Below the pieces are notes generated by a model. The model saw only the letters and a list, made by a program, of their open reading frames with translations. It was not told the origin of the DNA and did not search any database. A program made the position numbers and the translations under genes. A stretch of 64,000 nucleotides of DNA from an uncultured Planctomycetota bacterium (lineage in GTDB: Bacteria > Planctomycetota > Planctomycetia > Gemmatales > Gemmataceae). The stretch covers positions 448,001 to 512,000 of the forward strand of contig CAWKHF010000007.1 of NCBI GenBank assembly GCA_963849325.1, in the 5' to 3' direction. This document shows positions 22,152 to 32,681 of the stretch, piece after piece; positions within the stretch are counted from its first letter, which is position 1; the number at the start of each line of letters is the position of its first letter.

Positions 22152-23325
22152 ATGGAAGTCGGCGGGCCGTTGCTGATCGCCTTCTGGACGTGCGTGTGCC
22201 GCGGTCCTCTCCGGCGCCGCCGAGGCAGAGTTATCGCCCGAGATCCATACCCACGAGCTGCGCGCCCACGTCTATCGTCTCGCCTCGCCGGAGTTTCTGG
22301 GCCGGCGCGGACCGGGAGCGGCCCGAACCTCGCGCCATCTGGCCGCTGCCTTCGAGCGACTGGGACTGAAACCCGCCTTTGGCGATTCGTATTATCAGCC
22401 TATTCCCGCGCTGCTGACGGAAGGCACCAGCAAGGCCAACTTCATCGGCCGCAACGTCGGCGCCATCCTGCCCGGCAGCGATCCCAAGCTCAAGGACGAA
22501 TGGATCCTGCTCAGTGCCCACTTCGACCACCTGGGCAAGCAGGGCGGCGTCCTGTATCCGGGCGCCGACGACAACGCGACCGGCGTCGCCATGCTGCTGG
22601 AGGTCGCCGAGTATTTCGCTCTGACCAAACCGAAGCCGCGCCGCACCATCGTTTTCGTGTCGTTCGATCAGGAGGAGACCGGCCTACGCGGCTCGACCTA
22701 CTTCGCCGCCCATTCGCCGCTGCCGTTTCGCCACTTGAAAGCGTTCCTCACCGCCGACATGCTCGGGCGGTCGATGGCCAACGTCATGGACGAATACGTC
22801 TTCGTGCTCGGCAGCGAGCGTTCGACGCAGCTACGGCGGCTGGTCGAGAAGGTGGCGCCGCCGTCGGGACTGCGCATCGGCCGACTCGGCGCCGACCTGG
22901 TCGGCACGCGCAGCGACTACGGCCCGTTCCGCGATCGTCAGGTGCCCTTCCTGTTTTTCAGCACCGGCCAGCATCCCGACTACCACTCGCCCAGCGATAC
23001 ACCCGACCGCATCGATTACCGGAAGCTGCAGCGCATCAGCGTCTACATCCGCGACCTGACGCGGCGGCTGGCCGATGACGACGAAGCGCCGGCGTGGAAC
23101 GACAAGCCGCTGCCGCCGGACCTGGAGGAGATGCGCACCGTGGCCGTGCTGGTCAACCGCGTCCTCAAGCGACAAGACCTCTATCCGTTGTCGGAGAAGA
23201 AGCGCGAGATGGTGCGGAGCGTGCAGAAGCGCCTGACGACGATCCTCGAGCGCGGCCAGGTCGCGGCGGCGGATCGCACCTGGCTGCTGTGGAACGCTCG
23301 GCTCTTGCTGGTGACGGTGTTCTAA
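22152..23325 (+). CDS. M28 family peptidase, frameshift near N-terminus
   Basis: [47 protein letters not shown]. Confidence 0.88.
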
Positions 23326-24686
23326 CGCGGCGGGTTCGTGAACAGACGCTGTTCGATCAACCGCCGCAGCGTTTCGTGGGCGTAATCGTCCATGCCCTCG
23401 CGGCGGCTGCGCCAGACGATTCGGCCCGACTCGTCGAGCAGGACCAGCATGGGGAAGTAATCGGCCTGGAACTGCTCCATCACCGGACAATGTCCGGGTC
23501 CGCCGCCGCTGAGAAGGGTCGTGTAGTTGATGTGGTAACGGCCCCGTACACTCAGCACGCGGCGGCGCTGCTCTTCGACCGGCCCCGTCTCACAGGCGAT
23601 ACCGACCACTTTCAGACCGTAGGGACCGTAGGCCCTCTGCAATTCGACCAGGTAGGGGATGGCTTGCAGGCAGGGTCCGCAGGTGCTGTACCAGAAATCG
23701 AGCAGCACCAGTCGGCCCCGCTGGTCGTGCCGGTATTCCCAGCGTTGCCCATCCACGTCGTTCAGCCCGAAATTGTCCAGCTTGTTGCCGATCAGGACGC
23801 AGAAGGGTACGCGCTGGGTCGGGGTGTGGATGGACAGGGGCGGTTGCGACGGCGTAACCGGCGGCGTCGGCGCCGCTTGCGGTTGGCGTTCGTCGGGCAT
23901 GGACTCCCAGGTCGGCGGCGGAGGCGGCACCGACCACGCCGGTGCCGTCCGATACTGCTGGCCCGGACCCTGAATCTCAACCGTCGGAATCTTCGGAGCG
24001 CGCTGGAACCCCTCGGCGATGTGCGTGGGGTCCGGGCTTCCTCCGAAGCCGTTGCCCGACGTGGGACTGGCCTCGCTCTCACGGGAGGGCGACAGGTTTC
24101 GGCTTGGCGGGATCTTGACGGGCGGATCGAGGTTCGCCGCCGGCGTTCGCTCCTGACCGCTCTCCGTACTCGGTATCGTCTTCTTGCCCGGCACCGCCGG
24201 CGGGTCCGGCACGGGTGGCGTATTCGGCGTGGTGAAGCGCTTGTTGATGCGGATGTATAAAGTCGACTTGGGCGGGATCACGATGACCTGTCCGCTGGCC
24301 AGCTCGTTGCCCTCCTTGGCGCGGGCGATCAACTGGTAATGATGGCCGGGGATCAGGCCCAAAATCGTGAAGAAGCCGTCATCCGTGGTCTCTTTATCGA
24401 CCGGGGCCGCCTTGGACGAATCGTCGTCGAGATCCTTGATCTCGATGCGGGCCTTGACGAGTTTGTCGCTGGAGGTATCGACGACGCGCCCGGCCAACAG
24501 ACCGTTGGCGCCGGGCAGCGGGCCGCCGGTTTCGGAGACGACGGGGGCTTCGCGCGGCGCCGACTTTTCGGAACCCAGGAACGGTTTGGGGTTGGTATTG
24601 TGCGCGGTTTGTTTCTTGCCAAAGAGACTACAGCCCGCCAGTCCCAGGCATACCGTCACCAAAGCCACACCAACCCGGGTGCGCAC
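23322..24686 (-). CDS. Lipoprotein with C-terminal TlpA-like redoxin domain
   Basis: Lipobox LAGC, Pro-rich linker, LVLLDFWYSTCGPC. Confidence 0.85.
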   Translation of the reverse strand: MRTRVGVALVTVCLGLAGCSLFGKKQTAHNTNPKPFLGSEKSAPREAPVVSETGGPLPGANGLLAGRVVDTSSDKLVKARIEIKDLDDDSSKAAPVDKETTDDGFFTILGLIPGHHYQLIARAKEGNELASGQVIVIPPKSTLYIRINKRFTTPNTPPVPDPPAVPGKKTIPSTESGQERTPAANLDPPVKIPPSRNLSPSRESEASPTSGNGFGGSPDPTHIAEGFQRAPKIPTVEIQGPGQQYRTAPAWSVPPPPPTWESMPDERQPQAAPTPPVTPSQPPLSIHTPTQRVPFCVLIGNKLDNFGLNDVDGQRWEYRHDQRGRLVLLDFWYSTCGPCLQAIPYLVELQRAYGPYGLKVVGIACETGPVEEQRRRVLSVRGRYHINYTTLLSGGGPGHCPVMEQFQADYFPMLVLLDESGRIVWRSRREGMDDYAHETLRRLIEQRLFTNPPR

Positions 24687-24908
24687 GGCCTGGCCCTCGA
24701 ATTGGGGACAGCGGACAACACGTCACAGGGGCCGCGGCTTCCCTCCCAGCCTCTCGACGCGCGGGCTTTCCCCGTCCAGGGGATACCGACAGCCAAGCGA
24801 TTCTTCCCGCGCCCCGCTCCGCGGTCAAGACGGATTCCCGGCGCGGTCCCCGGGGCAGGGCCAACAACCTGGGCGTAGACGGTAAAACACACAAGGTCCA
24901 GCATCCTT

Positions 24909-24972
24909 GTTTAGCCGCGACGCGCAGCGGAGCTCGGGGCCAACGCGGCTCCGCTGCGCGTCGCGGCTAAAC
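24909..24972. repeat. REP-like palindrome, family A
   Basis: gtttagccgcgacgcgcagcggagc ... gctccgctgcgcgtcgcggctaaac. Confidence 0.9.
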
Positions 24973-25009
24973 GAATGCTCGGGAGGATTTCGACAGAGCA
25001 AAACCGTTT

Positions 25010-27511
25010 CTAAATCGAAGTTCGCTCCGGCAGCCACGCCAGGCCGAAGTGCGTCACGCGCACGTCCGCCTTGCGCGGCTTGACTTCGATCGGCGCCGCT
25101 TCCTCGCCGACGCGCTTCCATTTCTCGTGGATCTCCGCCAGTTTGGAGTAGTAGTCTCCGGTTATTTTGCGTATCTTTTCCTCCTTGCCATTGGACCGGG
25201 CTGCCGTCGGCTTCGGCGTGGCGAACGACACCAGCCAGTCCCAGAAGGAGCCGTTGGACTTCGGCGTCGCCGGGTCGGCCGGTAGCTCGCTGTCCAGCGC
25301 CTCGAACTTCGGCCGAAACTTCGCCTTGGTCATCTCGATCGCCTGCCGTGCTTCCTCGACGGCGGCGGCGTGGCAGCGCTGACGAAACGCCTCCGCGCTC
25401 TCGCCCGGCTCGCTCACCAACTCCAGGGTGCGATTCTGCAAGAGGGACAACTTTTGCGTGCTGTACAGGTAGTCGGCGAAGGCTCGTTCCAGCGTCTTCA
25501 GCTTCCGCCCGGTGTCCACGCTGGTAGGCACGTTGGCCCAGCGCACGCCGGGCAGCGGCCGCGACTCCATCGGTTCGCCAATGCTCCTTCCCTTGGCCCA
25601 ATCGACGGGGCGTCCCGGCTCGCTGGGCACCGCCAGCAGCCGGACAATCTGACGATGCTCCTTGCCCTTTTTCTTGTCGATGAGGAAGACGACCTCGGCG
25701 AAGCCGAGCAAATGTGGCTCATACGTCGACCGCGCCGCCGGCGATCCGGCCAGCCGCCGGCAAGTAGAACTGGGTCACGTCCGGCGGCAGCACCGGCGGC
25801 AAGCTGTCGTTGCTGGAGGCGGGCGCGGCCGAGTCCGTCTCCGGGACGAGTGTGGCCATCGGAGCCTCGGCGCGCGGCAAGCCGGCGCGGAATTGCTGAT
25901 CGCGCAGGCCGGCGAAGCCGAGTTTCCAGACACGTTCGCCGCACTGCGGGCAACGATCCGTCACGTCCGGGCCGTCCAGCGCGGCGTGACAGTTGCGACA
26001 CAAGGGGATGGCCCGCGGCGGCATTTGCTGCTGCTGCTTGAGGTCGTGCATCAGCTTCCGCGACTTGCTCGCGCGTCAGCGGGCCGCGCAGCAGCGACAG
26101 CGCCCAGCGCGTCTGGAATACCAGCGGCGCCGCTCGGTGGATGTCGTGCATCAGGAAGACGCGGTTGCTCAGCGACGAGATGACGGTCTCCAGGTAGGAG
26201 CGATCCGTCAGCGAACCCTGCTCCGCCGCCACGCTCTCCAGCCCGTCGAGCAGGCGCATCTTGTCGCGCTCGGTTTGCAGCTTGCCGACGAACCAGGTGC
26301 CGGCGTTGGACAGCGCCTTGTAGTCGAGATCCACCGGGTTTTGCGTCGCCAGCAGTACGCCGACGCCGAAGGCGCGGGCCTGCTTGAGCAGCGTCAACAG
26401 CGGCTTTTTGGTCGGCGGGTTGGCCGGGTGCGGCGGCAGGTAGCCGAACACCTCATCGAAGTAGACCAGGGCACGCAGGTCCGTCGTGCCCGGCTGCTTG
26501 CGCGTCCAGCTCAGCACCTCTTCGAGCAGCAGCGTCGTGAAGAACATCCGCTGCCGGTCATCCAGATGAGCGACATAAAAGATCAACTGTTGCGGTTTGC
26601 CGCCGCGATAGAGCATGGCCGACAGGTCGAGCGGCTCGCCGGTCGTCCAGGTGCGGAAGCCGGGGGCGGCGAGGACGTTGTTCAGCGTCGAGGCGAAGCG
26701 CAGCCGCTCCTTGGCGGGGAAGAACGTCTCCAGGTTGTAGGCGCCCATCATGCGAATGGGCGGGTCCTGGATAGCCAGGATGAGGCCGGCCAGGTCGAGG
26801 TTTTTCTTTTGCTCCCAGGCGTGCAGCAGCAGATGGGCGATGAGGATGTGTTCGCGCGACTGCATCGTCTCGCCGGCGATGCCGGTCAGGCCGAGCAGGG
26901 CGCTGGCGGTGGCCTCGGCCTTCTCGGTCAGGGCTTCCGCGCGGCAGGTCGCCCTGCGGAGCGGTGAAACTGCCGAGGATGGACAGCGACAGGCCCGCCT
27001 CGCTGCCCGGCGTGTAGATGCGCCAGGCCGCCGCCTCCTTGACGCCGCGAATGCGTTCCGGCTTCTGAAACGTCTCCTCCAGCCCCTTCCGCCACCGCGC
27101 CGCCAACTGCTCGGCGTATGCGCGGCGCGACAGGTTCTTTTGCTGGGCGTCCTGCTCGTTGACCCAGTGCTCGATGGCGGCCGGGTCGAGGTCGGGGAAT
27201 TGCAACAGCAGGTTCGTCAGGTCGCCCTTGGGGTCGATGAGGATGCAGGGGATGTGATCGATGACCGCCTCTTCGAGAATGCTGATGGCCAGGCCGGTCT
27301 TGCCCGAGCCGGTCATGCCGACGATGACGCCGTGCGTCGTCAGGTCGCGGGCATCGTACATGACGAACTTGTCCGGCCGCACCGTCCGCGTGGCCAGGTC
27401 GTATTCGCGGCCGAGATAGAAGCAGGCCGGTTGCTCGATGTCGAAGGGAGCGGGAGCGGGCGTCGCCGGGGCGGCGGTCGGAATGTTGTCGGCCACGGGC
27501 TTGGTCTCCAT
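25010..27511 (-). CDS. HerA/FtsK-like ATPase (DUF87/DUF853-like) with internal Zn ribbon, frameshifted
   Basis: LTTHGVIVGMTGSGKT, ILIDPKGD, YFDEVFGY, LATQNPVDLDYK; CRNC..CPQC. Confidence 0.85.
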
Positions 27512-27656
27512 GCCAGATTGTCGGCGTGCCGTATTATGCGGAGTGCCGGCGGCGTTGCCAAGGTCGATGACGGGACGGCAAGGCGAGGCGGGCTGGCTTC
27601 GCGGGGCGCTCTTCGGGTATAACGTGGGCGAATTCCAGAAAACAAGGAGGTGACGG

Positions 27657-28787
27657 ATGAACGTCCATCCCCGCAAGGCGCCGCTCGCTCTGATCGCCCT
27701 GTCCGTGCTCGCGGCGGGCGCGGCTCGGGCGCTCTGCGCGACGAGACATGGGTCCGGCGGCGGATCGAGCAAATCAAGGACAGCGACACCAACGCCTGGC
27801 GCAAGGTCCCCTGGGCATCGTCGCTGCTCGCAGCGCGGCGCCTCGGCGAACGCGAGAAGAAGCCAATCTTCCTGTTCACCCACGACGGCAACATCGACAC
27901 GGGCCGCTGCTGAAACGGCGCCCGCGACATGAGGGTGAGTTCACTCTCCGACGACCGTGTCATCGGCCTGATTAGCAAGTATTTCGTGCCGGCCTGGCTG
28001 TCGCGCGACGACTACCAGCTCGAATCGCGGAGCCAGGCCGAGCGGGACGAACTGGAGCGCATCGATGCCGAGCGTCGCAAGCGCGGCCTGGAGGGCGGCA
28101 CCGTCTGCGTATTCGTCCTCGACGCGGACGGCAGCGTGCTGGCGACGCAGCGCGTGCAGCTCGCTTGCCAGCCCGAGAACTTGCTGCCGTTCCTTACCCG
28201 CATCATCGCGGACAAACACCTGACGCCGCGCGATGCCGAGGCGATCCGCGCCGGCGCTACCCGTCCAGCCGCGATCAAGCCGAAGACGGAGGGCGGCCGG
28301 CTCATCCACGTCTGGACGCGCTGCGACCAGGGCAGCAACCGCGGCCTGAGCAACGATCGCATCGAATTGACGGCGGCGGAGTGGAAAGCGTTCCTGCCGG
28401 CCGCGGACGCCCGCCCGGGATCGTCGTGGCGCATCCCGGACGAGACTGCACAGAAGCTATTCCGCTACTGCTATCCTCCCGGCCCGCACTGGGACGTGAA
28501 GGCCAGCAAGGTGCTCAACAGTACGCTGCGGATCACGCTCGTTGCTGTCTCTACACGAGAGATACGCCTGTGCGCTGGAGGGCGGGCTGGAACTGAGCTT
28601 TCCGCACACGGGCAAGTCGGTGGATGGCCGCGTCACGGCCCATTTCGTGGGGGTGGCGAATGTCAATCCCGGCAAGCAAGCGCTCACGTCGCTGGCGCTG
28701 GTTTCCGAGCAGGCGGACTATGTTTGGTACTGGCAGGGCAAGCCGCAGCCGATCCAGATGCGCATCGCCCTGGAACTGGAGCCGTAG
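27657..28787 (+). CDS. Candidate secreted thioredoxin-fold selenoprotein (SelN-like C-U motif); in-frame TGA at 27911
   Basis: GGAGG SD, signal peptide, VPW..L..A....KKPIFLF..DG..DTGRC-TGA-NGARDMRVSSLSDDRVIGLISKYFVPAW in one frame; two apparent indels elsewhere. Confidence 0.65.
27914..27958 (+). promoter_or_regulatory. Putative bacterial SECIS hairpin
   Basis: GAGGGTG-AGTT-CACTCTC stem-loop (27931-27948); loop begins 24 nt after the UGA with G at loop position 2. Confidence 0.5.
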
Positions 28788-28805
28788 AGCGAGCGGACAG
28801 CACTC

Positions 28806-28862
28806 GTCGGAGCCCGCAGCGTCAGCCAGGGACGTTCCCTCGCTGACGCTGCGGGTCCCGAC
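28806..28862. repeat. REP-like palindrome, family B
   Basis: gtcggagcccgcagcgtcagccaggg ... ccctcgctgacgctgcgggtcccgac between convergent genes. Confidence 0.85.
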
Positions 28863-28885
28863 CACAAGGTTGAGTCCCCTCGCTT

Positions 28886-29280
28886 TTATCGTGATACTCG
28901 ACTGATGACGTTTCTCTTCCCTATTTGCACTCCGTATACGACTTCTTTCTCCACTTTCCTACCCCAACGATCCTGTAGGGAGAGAGCCACCCGGCAGCGG
29001 AAAAGATGGGGATTTCCTGGCTCTGCGTGGAATCGACCGTCAAGAAGCTCAGGAGGCGATAACCCGCCTTCCAGTCGGGATCGTGGCCCTGAATCGGCTG
29101 GCCGGGGTCGGCGAACTTGTCGGGCGATTCGCCTCGACTCCAGGAATCGAGGAATGCTTCCACGACTTTCTCGGCCTTATCCATCGTTTGCTGGGGAGAG
29201 CTTTTTCCGCAGCCCTGGACCATCAAGGCCGAGAGAATCATCGTGGCATGGAACAGGACGTAACCGGCGTTCTTGAGCAT
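28886..29280 (-). CDS. Small lipoprotein partner of DUF1559 gene, one frameshift
   Basis: Lipobox VQGC, AFLDSWSRGE, DPDWKAGYRL; continues in other frame to TAA 28886. Confidence 0.7.
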
Positions 29281-29319
29281 GGTCCTCGTCCCTCCTCCCG
29301 GCGACTCCGAAGAAGAGGG

Positions 29320-30249
29320 TCATGGCTCGGGGACCACCTGACCGTCGTTCCGGCACGATAACTTCTGCAGGGTATCCATATCGATGGAGTTGGACAGCGA
29401 AATCACGTGTCCGTCGGAAAAAAGAAACTGACAGATCCCCGTGTGCCAGCTGCCGAATTTGCAGTGAAATGGGCCGACCAGATCATTGGATCCTTGACCC
29501 AGGTTCCATTTGGTTTGACCGCCGATGCGAGAGAAGTTACGAGGAAAGTCTCCGTTCCAGATCGCGCCTTCTCCCCACGTCGGACCGCTCTGGCCCCACA
29601 TGCTCTGGACGGAATGTTTCTCGCCGACGAGAAAGGTCTGGCTCGTGCCGTCGGTGATGTCTTTCAGGGCCGTCTGCGATTGCGAGGACGTGACCTGACC
29701 GCTGCCATCGACCTGGGCGTTGGCATAGCACATCGCTCCCTGGCACAAGGGATGATCCACGATGGCGTTGTAGAACTGGCCGCCGTTGCAAGCGTAGTCC
29801 CCCTGCGACCCGTAATGTTCCTGCGAATCGGGGATGCCGGTACTGGACACCTCGTACATCGTACTCGGCATGGAGATGCTGCGTCGGCTCGGACAAACGT
29901 ACGTCCGCACGAACGCATTCTGCACAAGGGGCGTCTGTTCGTAATAGTTCCTGGTGAGATCCCACTGGTTATAAAGAGCGCTCTGCTCCAGATAGGGGAG
30001 AATGAGCACGAACCAGGTGGCGTGTTGAGGCCCCACGCGACTGGGAGGCAAAGCCTTGTACGTGTCGTGATAGCTGTGGATGGCCAGGCCCATTTGCTTG
30101 AGGTTGTTGCCGCACTGCATCCGCGCGGCGGACTCGCGGACCTTCTGGACGGCTGGTAACAGCAAGCCGATCAGCACCGCGATGATGGCGATGACGACCA
30201 ACAGCTCAATGAGCGTGAAGGCACGGCGCCGTGGAGGAGAATGGAACAT
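29320..30249 (-). CDS. DUF1559 domain protein with prepilin-type N-terminal cleavage/methylation motif
   Basis: AFTLIELLVVIAIIAVLIGLLLPAVQKVRESAAR.QC.NNLKQ, DITDGTSQTFLVGEK, HTGICQFLFSDGHV. Confidence 0.95.
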   Translation of the reverse strand: MFHSPPRRRAFTLIELLVVIAIIAVLIGLLLPAVQKVRESAARMQCGNNLKQMGLAIHSYHDTYKALPPSRVGPQHATWFVLILPYLEQSALYNQWDLTRNYYEQTPLVQNAFVRTYVCPSRRSISMPSTMYEVSSTGIPDSQEHYGSQGDYACNGGQFYNAIVDHPLCQGAMCYANAQVDGSGQVTSSQSQTALKDITDGTSQTFLVGEKHSVQSMWGQSGPTWGEGAIWNGDFPRNFSRIGGQTKWNLGQGSNDLVGPFHCKFGSWHTGICQFLFSDGHVISLSNSIDMDTLQKLSCRNDGQVVPEP

Positions 30250-30682
30250 GGTCGCTCCTTTCGCAGGGTGCGGGAACAAGGCCGGCGGGCCCCGAAGGTA
30301 CACGCCGCTGAACGAGGGGAACGAGTTGACCACCCGAGGGTCAGAAACGAAGAGGAACTGTCACGCAGTTAGAGCGAGAAGCGCAGTCAGGAGAAGCCCG
30401 GCTTGTGGAAAGCCGCCGAGCCGAGAGAAGAGTTCGAGAATCGCATCGCGGGAACCATATTGGACCCGTCACCAACGACAGCCGCCATGCCGGTTTGCAA
30501 GTGAAGGCATCGTAGAGATACGAGGAGCGAACGTCAAGGCGCGGGCGGCGAAGCGCTCCCGAGACTCGACGCCGCGGGCGCTCGGGTTTCGAGAGAGAGC
30601 GATAACCTGCTGCCTTCCGGAAGCGGATTGCCTAACATACCTCTAGAAGTGAACCCCCGCGTCGTGGAGAGGACATCTGGCC

Positions 30683-31840
30683 ATGAAGCAGCGTTTGCTG
30701 ACCCCGGGGCCGTCGCCGGTGCCCGAAGAAACCCTTCTGGAACTGGCCAAGCCGGTTTTCTATCACCGCAGCGCCCAATTCCGGCAGCTGCTGAACGAGG
30801 TGCTGGAAGACCTGAAATACGTCTACGGCACCAAGAACCCCATCGCGCTGTTGACCGCCTCGGGCACCGGCGGCATGGAGGCGGCGGTCGCCAACTGTCT
30901 GCCGCCGGGCAGCAAGGCCGTCGTCGCCGTCGCCGGCAAGTTCGGCGAACGCTGGCGCAGCATCGCCAAGACGTTCGGCGTCGAGGTCGTCAGCGTCAGC
31001 GTGCCCTACGGCCAGGCCGTCCAGCCCGAGCAGATCGAGCAGGCCATCAAGCAACATCCCGACGCCGCCGCCGTCTGCGCCACGCTCAGCGAGACCTCGA
31101 CCGGCGTCCGCCACGACATCCAGGCATTCGGCAAGATCGTTGCCCAGACGCCGGCCCTCTACCTCGTGGACGGCATCAGCGGCCTGGGCGTCGCCGAGTG
31201 CCGCACCGACGACTGGCACCTCGATGTCTGCGTCACCGGATCGCAAAAGGCGCTGATGCTCCCGCCGGGATTGGCCTTCCTGTCGGTCAGCGATAAAGCC
31301 TGGCAGCGCATCGACCAGAATCCGCCCTCGCGCGTCTTTTATTTCGATCTGCGGAAGTACCGCGATAATCTCAAGAACGGCGATACGCCGTTCACGCCGG
31401 CGCACACGCTGGTCAAGGCGCTGCGCGTCAGCCTGAAACAGTTGCGGGCCGAGGGCATCGAAAACGTGTGGACGCGACACGCGCGCATGGCCGCCGCCTG
31501 CCGCGCCGGCGTGCAGGCGTTGGGTCTGGAGCTGTTCGCCGCCCAGCCGATCGACGGGCTCACCGTGGTCAAGACGCCCGAGGGCATCGACGGCGTGGCC
31601 CTGGTGAGCAAGCTGGAGAAGCAATACGGCATCCGCATCGCCGGCGGCCAGGATCCCCTCAAGGGCAAGATCTTCCGCATCGCCCACATGGGCTACATCG
31701 ATCAGTTCGACGTGCTGGCGGCGCTGTCGGCCCTGGAGATGGTGCTGCTGGAGATGGGTCATGCGCTGGAGCCGGGCAGCGGCGTGGCGGCGGCGCAGCA
31801 GGTGCTGGCGCAGCAGGTGCGAACACCGCAGACCGTGTAG
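30683..31840 (+). CDS. Class V PLP aminotransferase (serine-pyruvate/phosphoserine aminotransferase-like)
   Basis: LLTPGP, ASGTGGMEA, SETSTGV, VTGSQKALMLPPG; upstream of serA. Confidence 0.9.
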   Translation: MKQRLLTPGPSPVPEETLLELAKPVFYHRSAQFRQLLNEVLEDLKYVYGTKNPIALLTASGTGGMEAAVANCLPPGSKAVVAVAGKFGERWRSIAKTFGVEVVSVSVPYGQAVQPEQIEQAIKQHPDAAAVCATLSETSTGVRHDIQAFGKIVAQTPALYLVDGISGLGVAECRTDDWHLDVCVTGSQKALMLPPGLAFLSVSDKAWQRIDQNPPSRVFYFDLRKYRDNLKNGDTPFTPAHTLVKALRVSLKQLRAEGIENVWTRHARMAAACRAGVQALGLELFAAQPIDGLTVVKTPEGIDGVALVSKLEKQYGIRIAGGQDPLKGKIFRIAHMGYIDQFDVLAALSALEMVLLEMGHALEPGSGVAAAQQVLAQQVRTPQTV

Positions 31841-31884
31841 AATAAGACGGTGAGCCGCTTGCGGCCTGGCGGAGAAGCGCTCGC

Positions 31885-32178
31885 GTGGCCGACGAACCGG
31901 AGACCATAAAACGTTTAGGGACGTCATCGGAATCGCTGGCGCGGCTGAGCCGCAAAGCGGCTGCGGCGGAAGCCGCTCTCGGCATTCATGGCGTGTCGGT
32001 CACGGCCGGAATACCGCAGGGTCCAGCGTCCATGGCCCCGCGAGCGATCGTGGAGCAGCACTTTCGCGTCCATGACACCCCGACGTGCGCGGATCCGCTG
32101 CATCGTACGGTCGAGTTGCCCAAACCGATGACGCAACAAATGGCCGACCTGTTCAATCAATTGTTCGGGCGGAAGTGA
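31885..32178 (+). CDS. Small hypothetical protein, possible orphan polymorphic-toxin tip
   Basis: GGAG SD, GTG start; IHGVSV...HRTVELPKP....DLFNQLFGR. Confidence 0.55.
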   Translation: MADEPETIKRLGTSSESLARLSRKAAAAEAALGIHGVSVTAGIPQGPASMAPRAIVEQHFRVHDTPTCADPLHRTVELPKPMTQQMADLFNQLFGRK

Positions 32179-32666
32179 TGAACCCGCAATCAACTCCCTG
32201 CCGGTCGTGGCGCGAGGGCGCGGACTATCCCTCTCCCGTCGAGAAAGTGCTGGCCTTGGAACACTATGACGGCCCGATGGAGGGGGTGTTGCAATGCGCC
32301 GGTGGCGATGTTTATCGCTTTGACATGCTGGCCTGGGACGAGGAAACACAGGACGTGCGCATTTTCGGCCTCTCTCCCCTGTCGCGGTTGGCATGGGACC
32401 ACCTGCTCGCGCTGTGTGCCGGCCACGATTCGCCACGCTGGCCCGTCTGGGCTTTTCGCTGGCAGGAACAACTGCGGCAAGCGATCGAAGAGGTCCTTCG
32501 CCAGGCAGGTCCGATGCAATGGGTGGTTGCCACAACGGATTTGTTGGGAGAAATAGGGCGCGTCAAAGCGCTACGTCCCGAGGAACGGATGCAGGTCACG
32601 AATTGGGGCGCTTTTTTGGGATTGGCTCCGGAATGGCCTGTCCGCGCCCCCCACGAAAAAGGTTAG
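32178..32666 (+). CDS. Hypothetical protein, possible immunity protein
   Basis: TGATG overlap with upstream ORF; HYDGPMEG motif, Trp-rich. Confidence 0.55.
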   Translation: MNPQSTPCRSWREGADYPSPVEKVLALEHYDGPMEGVLQCAGGDVYRFDMLAWDEETQDVRIFGLSPLSRLAWDHLLALCAGHDSPRWPVWAFRWQEQLRQAIEEVLRQAGPMQWVVATTDLLGEIGRVKALRPEERMQVTNWGAFLGLAPEWPVRAPHEKG

Positions 32667-32681
32667 ACCGAGAGATCTTCC

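Noticed and set aside
30250-30682. Riboswitch or ncRNA in the long DUF1559 leader
   Set aside because: Only a partial GCAAAC match; no complete cobalamin or c-di-GMP motif could be built by eye.
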